Below are positions 29,027 to 39,700 of a stretch of 64,000 nt of DNA, piece after piece (position 1 is the first letter of the stretch; each line of letters opens with the position of its first letter). The stretch is from Eledone cirrhosa. Lineage: Eukaryota. The notes under the pieces are model-generated. The model was not told the DNA's origin, searched no databases, and saw only the letters and a list, made by a program, of their open reading frames with translations. Made by a program: the position numbers and the translations under genes. The stretch is from NCBI GenBank assembly GCA_964016885.1, contig OZ024740.1, positions 7,192,001-7,256,000 on the forward strand, in the 5' to 3' direction.

Positions 29027-29556
29027 TACAATAATTTATAACTTTGCCTATTAATCCGTATGGTGAGAAAATGGGGTCCCACGTGCTGGCCTCCCCACAG
29101 CCGTGGCGGACAGGATGGAGAAGGCGTTTCCCCGGAAGATCGTAAAGGACATGCGCTGGAAGAGCCATTCCAACTCACGAGGCTCACACCTGCTGCTGGC
29201 CAGCTCAGCGCCTATGGTGGCGAGCATGGAGGTAGCCCTAGGGCCAAGAACACCTGAAGTCTCCACTGCTACAGGTAGCTAGCTCAGCGCCTATGGTGGT
29301 AAGTAGGGAGGTAGCCCTAGAGCCAAGGACATCAGAAGTCTCCACTGCTACAGGTAGCCAGCTTAGCGGCTATGGTGGTGAGTAGGGAGGTAGCCCTAGG
29401 GCCAAGGACACCAGAAGTCTCCACTGCCAAGGGCACGACCGCGAACCTGTCAGAGAGCGTCCGGTACTTGGAGAGTTTGGCCTCCTCAGCCGTACGTGCT
29501 GGACGTGCAGCAGTACCTGGGTTAGTCGCAGACTGCACCAGGTTGCGGCTGGAGAG
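29027..29556 (-). mobile_element. 3' fragment of a CRE-like LINE with internal partial tandem duplications
   Basis: EEAKLSKYRTLSDRFAVVPLAVETSGVLGPR..WLFQRMSFTIFRGNAFSIL. The ETSGVLGPR segment recurs three times. Confidence 0.88.
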
Positions 29557-29749
29557 CCGTTATGTGGAGCGATGAGAACATAAATGTTTGTTGATTTATC
29601 CGGTAATCCTGGATATATTATGGCACACGATTCCCCATCCCCAAACAAAGACATTCAACGCTATTGTTGTTATTAATGACGAAATAGGTTCATTGGTTTC
29701 AAAATAATTGTTATTTCTTTAGGCCTTTATTTTGGTCATCTTTCGTTCC

Positions 29750-30110
29750 TCGACAGCGGTCGACAGCAGCTGAGAGCACCCGACAGCGGCCGAGAGCGCC
29801 CCATAGCGGCCGAGAGCGCCCGACATCGGCTGACAGCACCAGACAGCACCCGACAGCGGCCGAGAGCGCCCGACAGCAGCCGACAGCGCCCGATAGCGGC
29901 TGACAGTGCCCGACAGCGGCTGACAGCACCCGACAGCACCTGACAGCGGCCGAGAGCGCCCGACAGTGGCTGACAGCACCCGACAGAAGCTGACAGCACC
30001 AGAAAGCACCCAACAGCACCAGACAACACCTGACAGCGGCCGAGAGCGCCTGACAGCGCCCGGCAGCGCCGACAGCAGCCGACAGCGTCGACAGCAGCGG
30101 ACAGCGCCCG
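29750..30110. repeat. GC-rich 10-bp-unit minisatellite (CGACAGCGGC/CGAGAGCGCC/TGACAGCACC)
   Basis: Decamer periodicity read directly. Confidence 0.9.
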
Positions 30111-30289
30111 TGTTTATTGAAGTTAAAAGGTTTGTTTATGAGAAACGACTTTCTATTAAGAAATACAGCCCGGTTGTATTGGGGGAAAAATATAGAAAAT
30201 GAAAAGGAGAAAAAGAAAGATGGAGCGATGAAAGAAAGGGAGATGGGGAGGGAGAGTCACTAAACTCCAGTCTGAGCGGCGGCACAGCC

Positions 30290-30450
30290 GCGCCCCGCGT
30301 ACAAAACGAACAAAGGTTACCGCTACAACAGACACCCCACCTCACGGGGCTCCCTTCTCAAGCTAGTCTTTCCGACTTTACGGAGGAAATCAACAGTGCG
30401 GGAACCAAGGACGTCAGAGGTCGCGACGGGGACCGGTGAAAAAAGGTAGC
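30290..30450 (-). mobile_element. Older diverged CRE-like endonuclease-region fragment
   Basis: PVPVATSDVLGSRTVDFLRKVG....REPREVG resembles PLAVETSGVLGPR...CEPRELEW. Confidence 0.5.
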
Positions 30451-30589
30451 CGTTGGTCAGCCCCCCCCCCCCCCCCGGTATTGTATTAACTAAATGATAA
30501 TAATTCTCCGAGAAAAAACAAAAAATAAAACAAACAAACAAACAAAAAACAAAAAACCCCTAAAAAATAAAAGAAAAAAGAAAATGGCC

Positions 30590-31271
30590 CGCAGCTGGAT
30601 AACGATAGCCTGCGCATTGGCGTTTCTTTGAGGCTTGGACTCTGGAACTGCGAATCACACAAATGTCGCTGTGGATCCACCGTGGACTCTTTCGAATTCC
30701 AGCTGCTTTCCTGTCGTCACAGTGCCGGCCGCCTTCCACGCCATGCTGCCCTCAACGAGGTCATTAAGCATGGCTTGGACGCTGCAGGCTTCCCTTCCCA
30801 GCTCGAGCCAGTGCGGCTGGACTGAGGGGATGGCAAAAGACCAGACGGCATGACAATCTTCCCGTTCCGCGGTGGCAAACCCCTCGTCTGGGATGCCACT
30901 TGAAGCGACACTTTCTCCAGCTGCAACCTGGTGCAGTCTGCGACTAACCCAAGTTCTGCTGTACGTCGGGCTGAGGAGGCCAAACTCTTCAAGTACCGGT
31001 CGCCGACAGGTTCGCGGTCGTGCCCCTCGCAGTGGAGACTTCAGGTGTCCTTGGCCCTAGGGCTACCTCCCTACTCACCATCATAAGCGCTAAGCTGGCC
31101 CACAGCAGGTGTGAGCCTCGCGAGTTGGAATGGCTCTTCCAGCGCATCTTCCTTACCATCCTCCGGGGAAACGCCTTCTCCATCCTGTCCGCCGGGGCTG
31201 TGGGGAGGTCAGCACGTGAGACCCCATTTGCTCACCATACGGATTAATAGGCAAAGTTATAAACTATTGTA
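30590..31271 (+). mobile_element. 3' part of a CRE-like LINE (zinc knuckle + RLE endonuclease + 3' UTR)
   Basis: [80 protein letters not shown]. Confidence 0.9.
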
Positions 31272-31529
31272 TTACGTAAAAAAAGAAAGAAAAAGAAAAA
31301 GAACTATGTAAATACAGAAACACGACGTAAAATGGTGATGGTGATGATGAAGAAATTGAAGAGAGAGCGTGCTGCGTTTCCACAACAGAAATACGGATTT
31401 TAAATGATCTGAGAAATACTTTCGCCGTCTGTTTAGACAGATAGATATCTGTATTCTTGATATTGTATGAGCAGACGTTAGATATAGCTAGAGAAAAGAA
31501 GGTTCTACCAACAGCTTATTGTAACAGTC

Positions 31530-31926
31530 ATGTCAATCCTAGTCCATTATTTCGATGTAGAGAATGATATGTTCACCAACTTTCTTTACAATCTCTTATT
31601 TCTCATGTTAATAATGTGTTCCGTATATATTCTCTCCAATTTGTGGATGAAACTTCGATGTCGTTACCTCATCTCGTACCACACCAACTATTTCCGAATG
31701 GATGGAAAGACTGTGCTCATTACAGAAGCTTCTTCAACAATAGGAAGAACAATAACTAAAAATCTTGTTGGACAGGGTGCCAAGGTAATCATGGCATGTA
31801 GGAATGCATCAAAAGCGGAGGAAATTGCTGAAGAAATTCGAAATTCAACTGGTGTAGACCCCAAGATGATATTCGTTGTCCATTTGGATTTCATAGACCT
31901 CAACAGCGTTCGGGAATGTGCGAAAA

Positions 31927-31928
<2 letters not shown>
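31530..31928 (+). CDS. First coding exon of a membrane-anchored short-chain dehydrogenase/reductase (retinol dehydrogenase 11-14-like); remaining exons not seen in the window
   Basis: 133 open codons: hydrophobic N-terminus, MDGKTVLIT(E)ASS(T)IG, GAKVIMACRN..KAE, LD..DLNSVRECAKK, ending at a phase-0 GTAAGT donor (31929). Confidence 0.8.
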
Positions 31929-32007
<79 letters not shown>

Positions 32008-32246
32008 TCTCTCTCTCTCTCACTCTCTCTCTCTCTTTATAAAAATAAATGGAAACTATATTTATAAAACCATAATTATTTATTATATATATTTCAAGGG
32101 CAACCAAGGCAAATTATGGTGCGCTTTCATCAGATAAAATACAAATTTGTTTTATAAATAAATATTGACATACCCGCATAAAGACAACCTTAACGGTTGA
32201 GGTTCGCTATCCAGTTCCTTACCACAATTCCTTCGTTATATATATA

Positions 32247-32317
<71 letters not shown>

Positions 32318-32321
<4 letters not shown>

Positions 32322-32509
32322 CGAAGGAACTGTGGTAAGGAACCAGATGGACCATAACGCACCAGAGAACTCAATACTTAGGGTAGTAGAGTGGGGAATA
32401 GGAAAAAGTATGACCCCGACGGCAGAGCTCAAGCCGTTTCGACGGCCATTCCTGGTCCAGAAATAGCCGTCGAAACGGCTTGAGCTCTGCCGTCGGGGTC
32501 ATACTTTTT

Positions 32510-32515
<6 letters not shown>
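32318..32515. repeat. Second copy of the 25640-25836 unit with its own hairpin (32398-32514)
   Basis: Perfect outer arms, imperfect inner stem. An inverted copy of its left end lies at 32211-32240. Confidence 0.88.
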
Positions 32516-32554
<39 letters not shown>

Positions 32555-32564
<10 letters not shown>

Positions 32565-33003
32565 GGTAAAAATGAAACGAAATTCCATTTCCCACTCTTA
32601 GTACGGCTGTTACTTAAATATAAGTATGTATACGTACATACATATATGTATACAGACGTAAAGTAGTATGTATATATATATACATACATGCACACATATA
32701 TATATATATGTACGTATGGATTCACCGAACATTTATTATAATGCTCGGTGTGTTTGTAAACAAACATCCCGAAATAACCCGTACAGTGTCTAGCAACCAT
32801 CGTTGGTCATTTGTTCAACACTGACAAAGGAACGCTGTAGTAGTTTCAAGCTTATTAGCTATCGTCAGCAACGTATACCTTCTTGCCAGATGATTGAACG
32901 TCTGAAAGTATATACTTTCCTTATGCATATTAACGGCTGAGCAGCCTAATTTGCATATCGAGTGAGTTAATCGGCCGGGCATACCGAAAACGATAAACGG
33001 AAA
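32555..33003 (-). mobile_element. Second copy of the hammerhead-bearing non-coding repeat
   Basis: Reverse complement of 25130-25530; abuts (AT)n. Confidence 0.75.
32832..32874 (-). ncRNA. Minimal type I hammerhead ribozyme (paralogue of 25215-25257)
   Basis: ACGTTG-CTGACGA-tAGCT aata AGCTt-GAAA-CTAC-TA-CAGCGT; stem I still pairs. Confidence 0.72.
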
Positions 33004-33181
33004 CAATGGAACGAAATTTCATTTCTCACTCTTAGTACTCTTATATTTATACTCTGCTTTATATTGAGAACTTTATTTCTCCGGAATGAAACAGTTATAG
33101 TCCTGTAGAAGCCTTTCTACATTATATATATATACATATATATATATATTAAAAGAATAGAGGTGTAACACACAAGTTATT

Positions 33182-33332
33182 ATATATTGGTAAACGGAAT
33201 AGAAAATGCTGACAAATTGTTCACAGTTGAAAATTGGTTTAATTAGGAATAAAAAATCACTAATACTCTTTTATTCCTAATTAAAACATTTTTCAACTGT
33301 GAACAATTTGTCAGCATTTTCTATTCCGTTTA

Positions 33333-33342
<10 letters not shown>
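33182..33342. repeat. Hairpin with ~73-bp arms ending in (AT)n
   Basis: 33182-33254 is near-exact reverse complement of 33269-33342. Confidence 0.9.
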
Positions 33343-33403
<61 letters not shown>

Positions 33404-34249
33404 GGGGTAACAAATAATTGTTATATGCAGTCCACTTAGGTGTAGTCCAGTTATGGTACTCCGGGTAGTAGATGATATCAACGCTTGGCTAAGTTTGACT
33501 CAACAAGGCGTTTCCATAGTGATGCTGCGAGTACACTGTAATTCCTATGTTGTAAACACTTGGAGTAATAATAAATCAGGAAAGAAGAGTGACATGGTTT
33601 GCTATACAAAAAAGGTTTTAATCTCATTGCTGACAATTGTTTCTCTGAACTGGTAGGTCTAGAGATCACTATCCGCTTATTATCACGTTACTCGATCGCC
33701 AATACAAAGTTATAACCAGTCAGTTAATCGGAGCTTGCGAGAATGAAGAGAATACACAGGCATGAAAAGAATATACAGGCTACTATATGCAGAAGTAATG
33801 GCATTCAGTTAGAACAATAACAACAATAACAACAATATCAACAATGCTACCAATACATTATTTGAAATAATCACAACATCAATCTAGGTGGGAAGTATAG
33901 TATACCTACGATTTTAGCGTGTAAAACTAGCTGACATGAGTATAAAATTGACATGTAAAAACTGTCGTAGGGTGTATTATATCAAGTGTAAAGATAAGCT
34001 GGTGTTTTTAAACAATGTAGGTCAGGTGGCCGTAATAGTCGGTTTTTATCTGACCGATGAAGGATTTATCACTGTAGTGGAATTTGTGTGGTCTATATTG
34101 GATGAGAGAGCTGTCTATCTTTCTCATCCTCAATAACATACATGTATAAGACAACACCAACAAATATAGATAATGGGCAAGTTAATACAGAGGTTAAGGA
34201 GCCAATATATATATATACATACATTTATACACACACACACATGCACACA

Positions 34250-34327
<78 letters not shown>

Positions 34328-34609
34328 TTCATATACATACATACATACAAAGAGAAAAAAAGCTGACTATAATTATAGCAAGAGGAAGGTAAAGTTCCAT
34401 TGTAGTAGTATTTTGAAATGTTCTTGGATTTAGGATCAAGTGATGACAGCAGCTGAGAAGAGATAAGTTTATGGGTTGGTGAGGTACTTACAGACACTAG
34501 TCTGGTATAGAACTAAGAAGGCTAGAATGTACTTAATGATTATATTTCTGTGGTGGTTCGTGCAGAGTAGTGGGTATCCTAGTTGAAAGCTATGTTACGT
34601 CGGTTAGAT

Positions 34610-35479
34610 TCACGGAGGTTTAAATCTTATGAATTTAGTGGCGATCCTGTGTCTGCAGAAGATAAATCTTTCTAACTTGTTGTTAAGTAGCCTCTTTACA
34701 TTTCTAAGGATATACAGTAGTTCTAGATCACATAGCCTACAGTGGGACATACCTGTACTGTAGGTTTTAGCAGCCGACAACCTCGACCAGTTGATACTGT
34801 AGCTAGTGTTGTTGTCCTTCAGTTCCCATATTTTTTTGGCGAGGGTTGTAGAACCCATAAGTGCACGATTTTTCATCGAGTGCCTGTGTACATACCATCT
34901 TTTTTTAAAAGTACCCGCGGTGGATCCAATGTAATGCCATGTGGAGTTGTCTGAGTTGACCGTACACATGTACATTAGGCTCGAATCGGGGCATCTATTC
35001 GCCAATGGGCACCTATCCGGTAGGTGACAGTTACAGTTTGAGGTGTTATTTCGTGCAGCTTCTACACAGCTGTTTAGTACACTGCTATAAGTGGGTTGTG
35101 ATTCATGCTCGTTGGGGTTTTGCTGCTGCGCGCTTGTATGCGCTTGCGGTTGTGATACTGTGATGTGTTTATGCTTATAATTTGGTGCTATATTGCGCAT
35201 AGGTGGGGCTGATTCCCTAGAGATATTTCTGTGGTTGATCTTGCCTATGTGCGATTCCATATTTACTGCCGTAGAGTATGAGAGTTTTATAGTATTTCTA
35301 TTGAGTATTTTATGATATCTATGTGAAATAGGGAAGTGTTTATCTATTAGTTTAAAGAATGTAGAAGGCAGTCTGGTTTTTACAGAGGAGTTGAAGATTG
35401 GGTTGAACCATAGGTATTTTCTTTCTCTGATTCTTCTATTGTTTTTTGGGTTTACGTTATTAGTGCTTTGGCCGTTCAC
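34610..35479 (-). pseudogene. Inverted-arm copy of linker + GIY-YIG endonuclease (open frame, 289 aa, no RT)
   Basis: WFNP..F.KLIDKHFP..H.YHKI.NRNTIKLSYS..CNC..CPL..C..YMCTV..YIGST..FKKRW..H..C.LC..E..LN..E..CRH. Confidence 0.85.
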
Positions 35480-35485
35480 TCTAGG

Positions 35486-36739
35486 CCTAAGTATTACCTA
35501 CGAACTGAACCATAAGAAGGTAAACTTTCTAGATGTGACTCTAAATCTAAATACGGGATTAATAGAACCTTTCCACAAAAATAATGAAAATCTTGCCTAC
35601 ATTAGTTATAACTCAAACCACCCCGAATCCATAATCAGATCCATAGCACGTAGTATATCCCTTCGAATATCCCGCTTATTCTCAAACCTAGAAATCTTTA
35701 ACAAACATGCTGACTATTATAACGCAGCATTACATAGGGCCGGACATAAAGATAAACTGCAGTATATAGTGAATAAAGACAACGTAAACAAAACTAATAG
35801 CAACTATACCAACCGCTCACACAATAATAGAAATAGCTGGACTAGACATAGGGTTAGGCACGTAGCACCTAGAGTGAACGGTCAAAACACTAATAACGTA
35901 AACCCAAAAAACAATAGAAGAATCAGAGAAAGAAAATACCTATGGTTCAACCCAATCTTCAACTCCTCTATAAAAACCAGACTGCCTTCTACATTCTTTA
36001 AACTAATAGATAAACACTTCCCTATTTCACATAGATATCATAAAATACTCAATAGAAATACTATAAAACTCTCATACTCTACGGCAGCAAATATAGAATC
36101 GCACATACGCAAGATCAACCACAGAAATATCTCTAGGGAATCAGCCCACCTATGCGCAACATAGCACCAAATTATAAGCATAAACACATCACAGTATCAC
36201 AACCGCAAGCGCATACAAGCGCGCAGCAGCAAAACCCCAATGGGCATTAATCACAACCCACTTGCAGTGTAGTAAACAGCTGTGTAGAAGCTGCACGAAA
36301 TAACACCTCAAACTGTAACTGTCACCTACCAGATAGGTGTCCATTGGCGAATAGATGCCTCGATTCGAGCCTAGTGTACATGTGTACGGTCAACTCAGAC
36401 AACTCCACATGGCATTACATTGGATCCACCGCGGGTACTTTTAAAAAAAGATGGTATGTGCAAAGACACTCGATGAAAAATCGTGCACTTATGGGTTCTA
36501 CAACCCTCGCCAAAAAAATATGGGAACTGAAGGACAACAACACTAGCTACAGTATCAACTGGTCGAGGTTATCGGCTGCTAAAACCGACAGTACAGGTAT
36601 GTCCCACTGTAGGCTATGTGATCTAGAACTACTGTATATCCTTAGAAATGTAAAGAGGCTACTTAACAACAAGTTAGAAAGATTTATCTTCTGCAGACAC
36701 AGGATCGCCACTAAATTCATAAGATTTAAACCTCCGTGA
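35486..36739 (+). pseudogene. Penelope RT thumb + GIY-YIG, frameshifted
   Basis: VNFLDVTLNL..G..PFHK..YI..SNHP.SII.SI..RISRL.SN..F...Y..AL..AG, then GIY-YIG after a frameshift near 36145. Confidence 0.88.
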
Positions 36740-39700
36740 ATCTAACCGACGTAACATAGCTTTCAACTAGGATACCCACTACTCTGCACGAATCACCACA
36801 GAAATATAATCACTAAGTACATTCTAGCCTTCTTAGTTCTATACCAGACTAGTGTCTGTAAGTACCTCACCAACCCATAAACTTATCTCTTCTCAGCTGC
36901 TGTCATCACTTGATCCTAAATCCAAGAACATTTCAAAATACTACTACAATGGAACTTTACCTTCCTCTTGCTATAATTATAGTCAGCATGTTTTCTCTTT
37001 GTATGTATGTATGTATATGTATGTGTGTGTGTGTATATATATATGTTTGTGTGCATGTGTGTGTGTATATAAATGTATGTATATATATATATTGGCTCCT
37101 TAACCTCTGTATTAACTTGCCCATTATCTATATTTGTTGGTGTTGTCTTATACATGTATGTTATTGAGGATGAGAAAGATAGACAACTCTCTCATCTAAT
37201 ATAGACCACACAAATTCCACTACAGTGATAAATCCTTCATCGGTCAGATAAAAACCGACTATTACGGCCACCTGACCTACATTGTTTAAAAACACCAGCT
37301 TATCTTTACACTTGATATAATACACCCTACGACAGTTTTTACATGTCAATTTTATACATCTGCCTCATGTCAGCTAATTTTACACGCTAAAATCGTAGGT
37401 ATACTATACTTCCCACCTAGATTGATGTTGTGATTATTTCAAATAATGTATTGGTAGCATTGTTGATATTGTTGTTATTGTTCTAACTGAATGCCATTAC
37501 TTCTGCATATAGTAGCCTGTATATTCTTTTCATGCCTGTATATTCTCTTCATTCTCGCAAGCTCCGATGAACTGACTGGTTATAACTTTGTATTGGCGAT
37601 CGAGTAACGTGATAATAAGCGGATAGTGATCTCTAGACCTACCAGTTCAGAGAAACAATTGTCAGCAATGAGATTAAAAACCTTTTTTTATATAGCAAAC
37701 CGTGTCACTCTTCTTTCCCGATTTATATATATATATATAGTTGAATGGGTGTAAAGTTCCATATAAATCCAAGATAAGAAGTAAGAGTGATAAAGCTCAG
37801 GGTATTTCTAAAGATTATTTTATTCTGTAATCAGACAAAATGAATATTTTAATAATTGTTACATTGAATGGATTTAAGTTTTGTCAAATATTCAGTTTCT
37901 ATTGGTATGTCAGTTTCGATTGGTATATCAGTTTCTATTGGTATGTCAGTTTCAATTGGTATATCAGTTTCTATTGGTATGTCAGTTTCTATTGGTATAT
38001 CAGTTTTGATCGGTATATCAGTTTCAATTGGTATATCAGTTTCAATTAGTATGTCAGTTTCTATTGGTATATCAGTTTCGATTGGTATGTCAATTTCGAT
38101 TAGTATGTCAATTTCTATTGGTATGTCAGTTTCGATTGGTATATCAGTTTCAATTGGTATATCAGTTTCTATTGGTATGTCAGTTTCGATTGGTATGTCA
38201 GTTTCTATTGGTATATCAGTTTTGATTGGTATGTCAGTTTCTATTGGTATGTCAGTGTCGATTATTATATCAGTTACTATTTGTATGTCAGTTTCGATTG
38301 CTATGTCAGTTTCGATTGGTATGTCAGGTTCGATTGGTATATCAGTTTCGATTGGTATGTCAATTTCGATTGGTATATCTGTTTCTATTGGTATGTCAGT
38401 TTCGATTGGTATGTCAGTTTCTATTGGTATATCAGTTTTGATTGGTATGTCAGTTTCTATTGGTATGTCAGTGTCGATTATTATATCAGTTAATATTTGT
38501 ATGTCAGTTTCGATTGCTATGTCAGTTTCGATTGGTATGTGAGTTTCTATTGGTATGTCAGTTTCTATTGCTATGTCAGTTTCGATTGGTATGTCAATTT
38601 CGATTGGTATATCAGTTTCGATTGGTATGTCAGTTTCTATTGGTATGTCAGTTTCTATTGGTATGTCAGTTTCGATTGGTATATCAGTTTCGATTGGTAA
38701 ATCAGTTTCTATTGGTATATCAGTTTCTATTGGTATGTCAGTTTTGATTATTATATCAGTTACTATTGCTATGTCAGTTTCGATTGGTATATCAGTTTCT
38801 ATTGGTATATCAGTTTCGATTGGTATATCAGATTTGATTAGTATGTCAGTTTCGATTGGTATATCAGTTTCTATTGGTATATCAGTTTCGATTGGTATAT
38901 CAGTTTCGATTGATATATCAGTTTCGATTGGTATATCAGTTTCGATTGGTATATCAGTTTCGATTAGTATGTCAGTTTCTATAGGTATGTCAGTTTCGAT
39001 TGGTATATCAGTTTCGATTGGTATGTCAGTTTCGATTAGTATATCAGTTTCTATTGGTATGTCAGTTTCTATTGGTATATCAGTTTCGATTGGTATATCA
39101 GTTTCGATTAGTATGTCAGTTTCTATTGGTATGTCAGTTTCGAATAGTATATCAGTTTCTAATGGTATGTCAGTTTCGATTGGTATGTCAGATTCTATTG
39201 GTATATCAGTTTCGATTGGTATATCAGTTTCGATTGGTATATCAGTTTCTATTGGTATATCAGTTTCTCTTGGTATGTCAGTTTTGATTGGTATATCAGT
39301 TTCGATTCGTATGTCACTTTCGATTGGTATGTCAGTTTCGATTGGTATATCAGTTTCTATTGCTATATCAGTTTCTATTGGTATGTCAGTTTCGATTGCT
39401 ATGTCAGTTTCGACTGGTATATCAGTTTCGATTAGTAAATCAGTTTCTATTGTTATATCAGTTTCTATTGGTATGTCAGTTTTGATTATTATATCAGTTA
39501 CTATTGGTATGTCAGTTTCGATTGGTATGTCAATTTCGATTGGTATATCAGTTTCGATTGGTATGTCAGTTTCTATTGGTATATCAGTTTCTATCGGTAT
39601 GTCAGTTTCGATTAGTATGTCAGTTTCTATTGGTATGTCAGTTTCGATTTGTATGTCAATCTGGATTGGTATGTCAGTTTCGATTGGTATGTCAGTTTCG

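Larger units (their letters stand above)
33571..37726 (+). mobile_element. Penelope-like retroelement #2: 5'-truncated, with a ~1.9-kb inverted copy of its 3' end (palindromic insertion)
   Basis: 33571-35485 is the reverse complement of 35868-37726. The 382-bp spacer encodes the RT C-terminus. Confidence 0.92.

Noticed and set aside
29711-30202. Overlapping GC-rich ORFs in several frames
   Set aside because: Arise from the decamer minisatellite.
31321-31350. GACGTAAAATGGTGATGGTGATGATG upstream of the SDR exon
   Set aside because: Looks like a tiny RTE/SINE tail remnant; too short to call a feature or regulatory site.
37610-37670. Hammerhead in Penelope #2 terminus (GAAA-CAATTG-TC-AGC; mirrored at ~33628)
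   Set aside because: The 3' half fits, but no CUGANGA or matching stem I strand is present in either arm.
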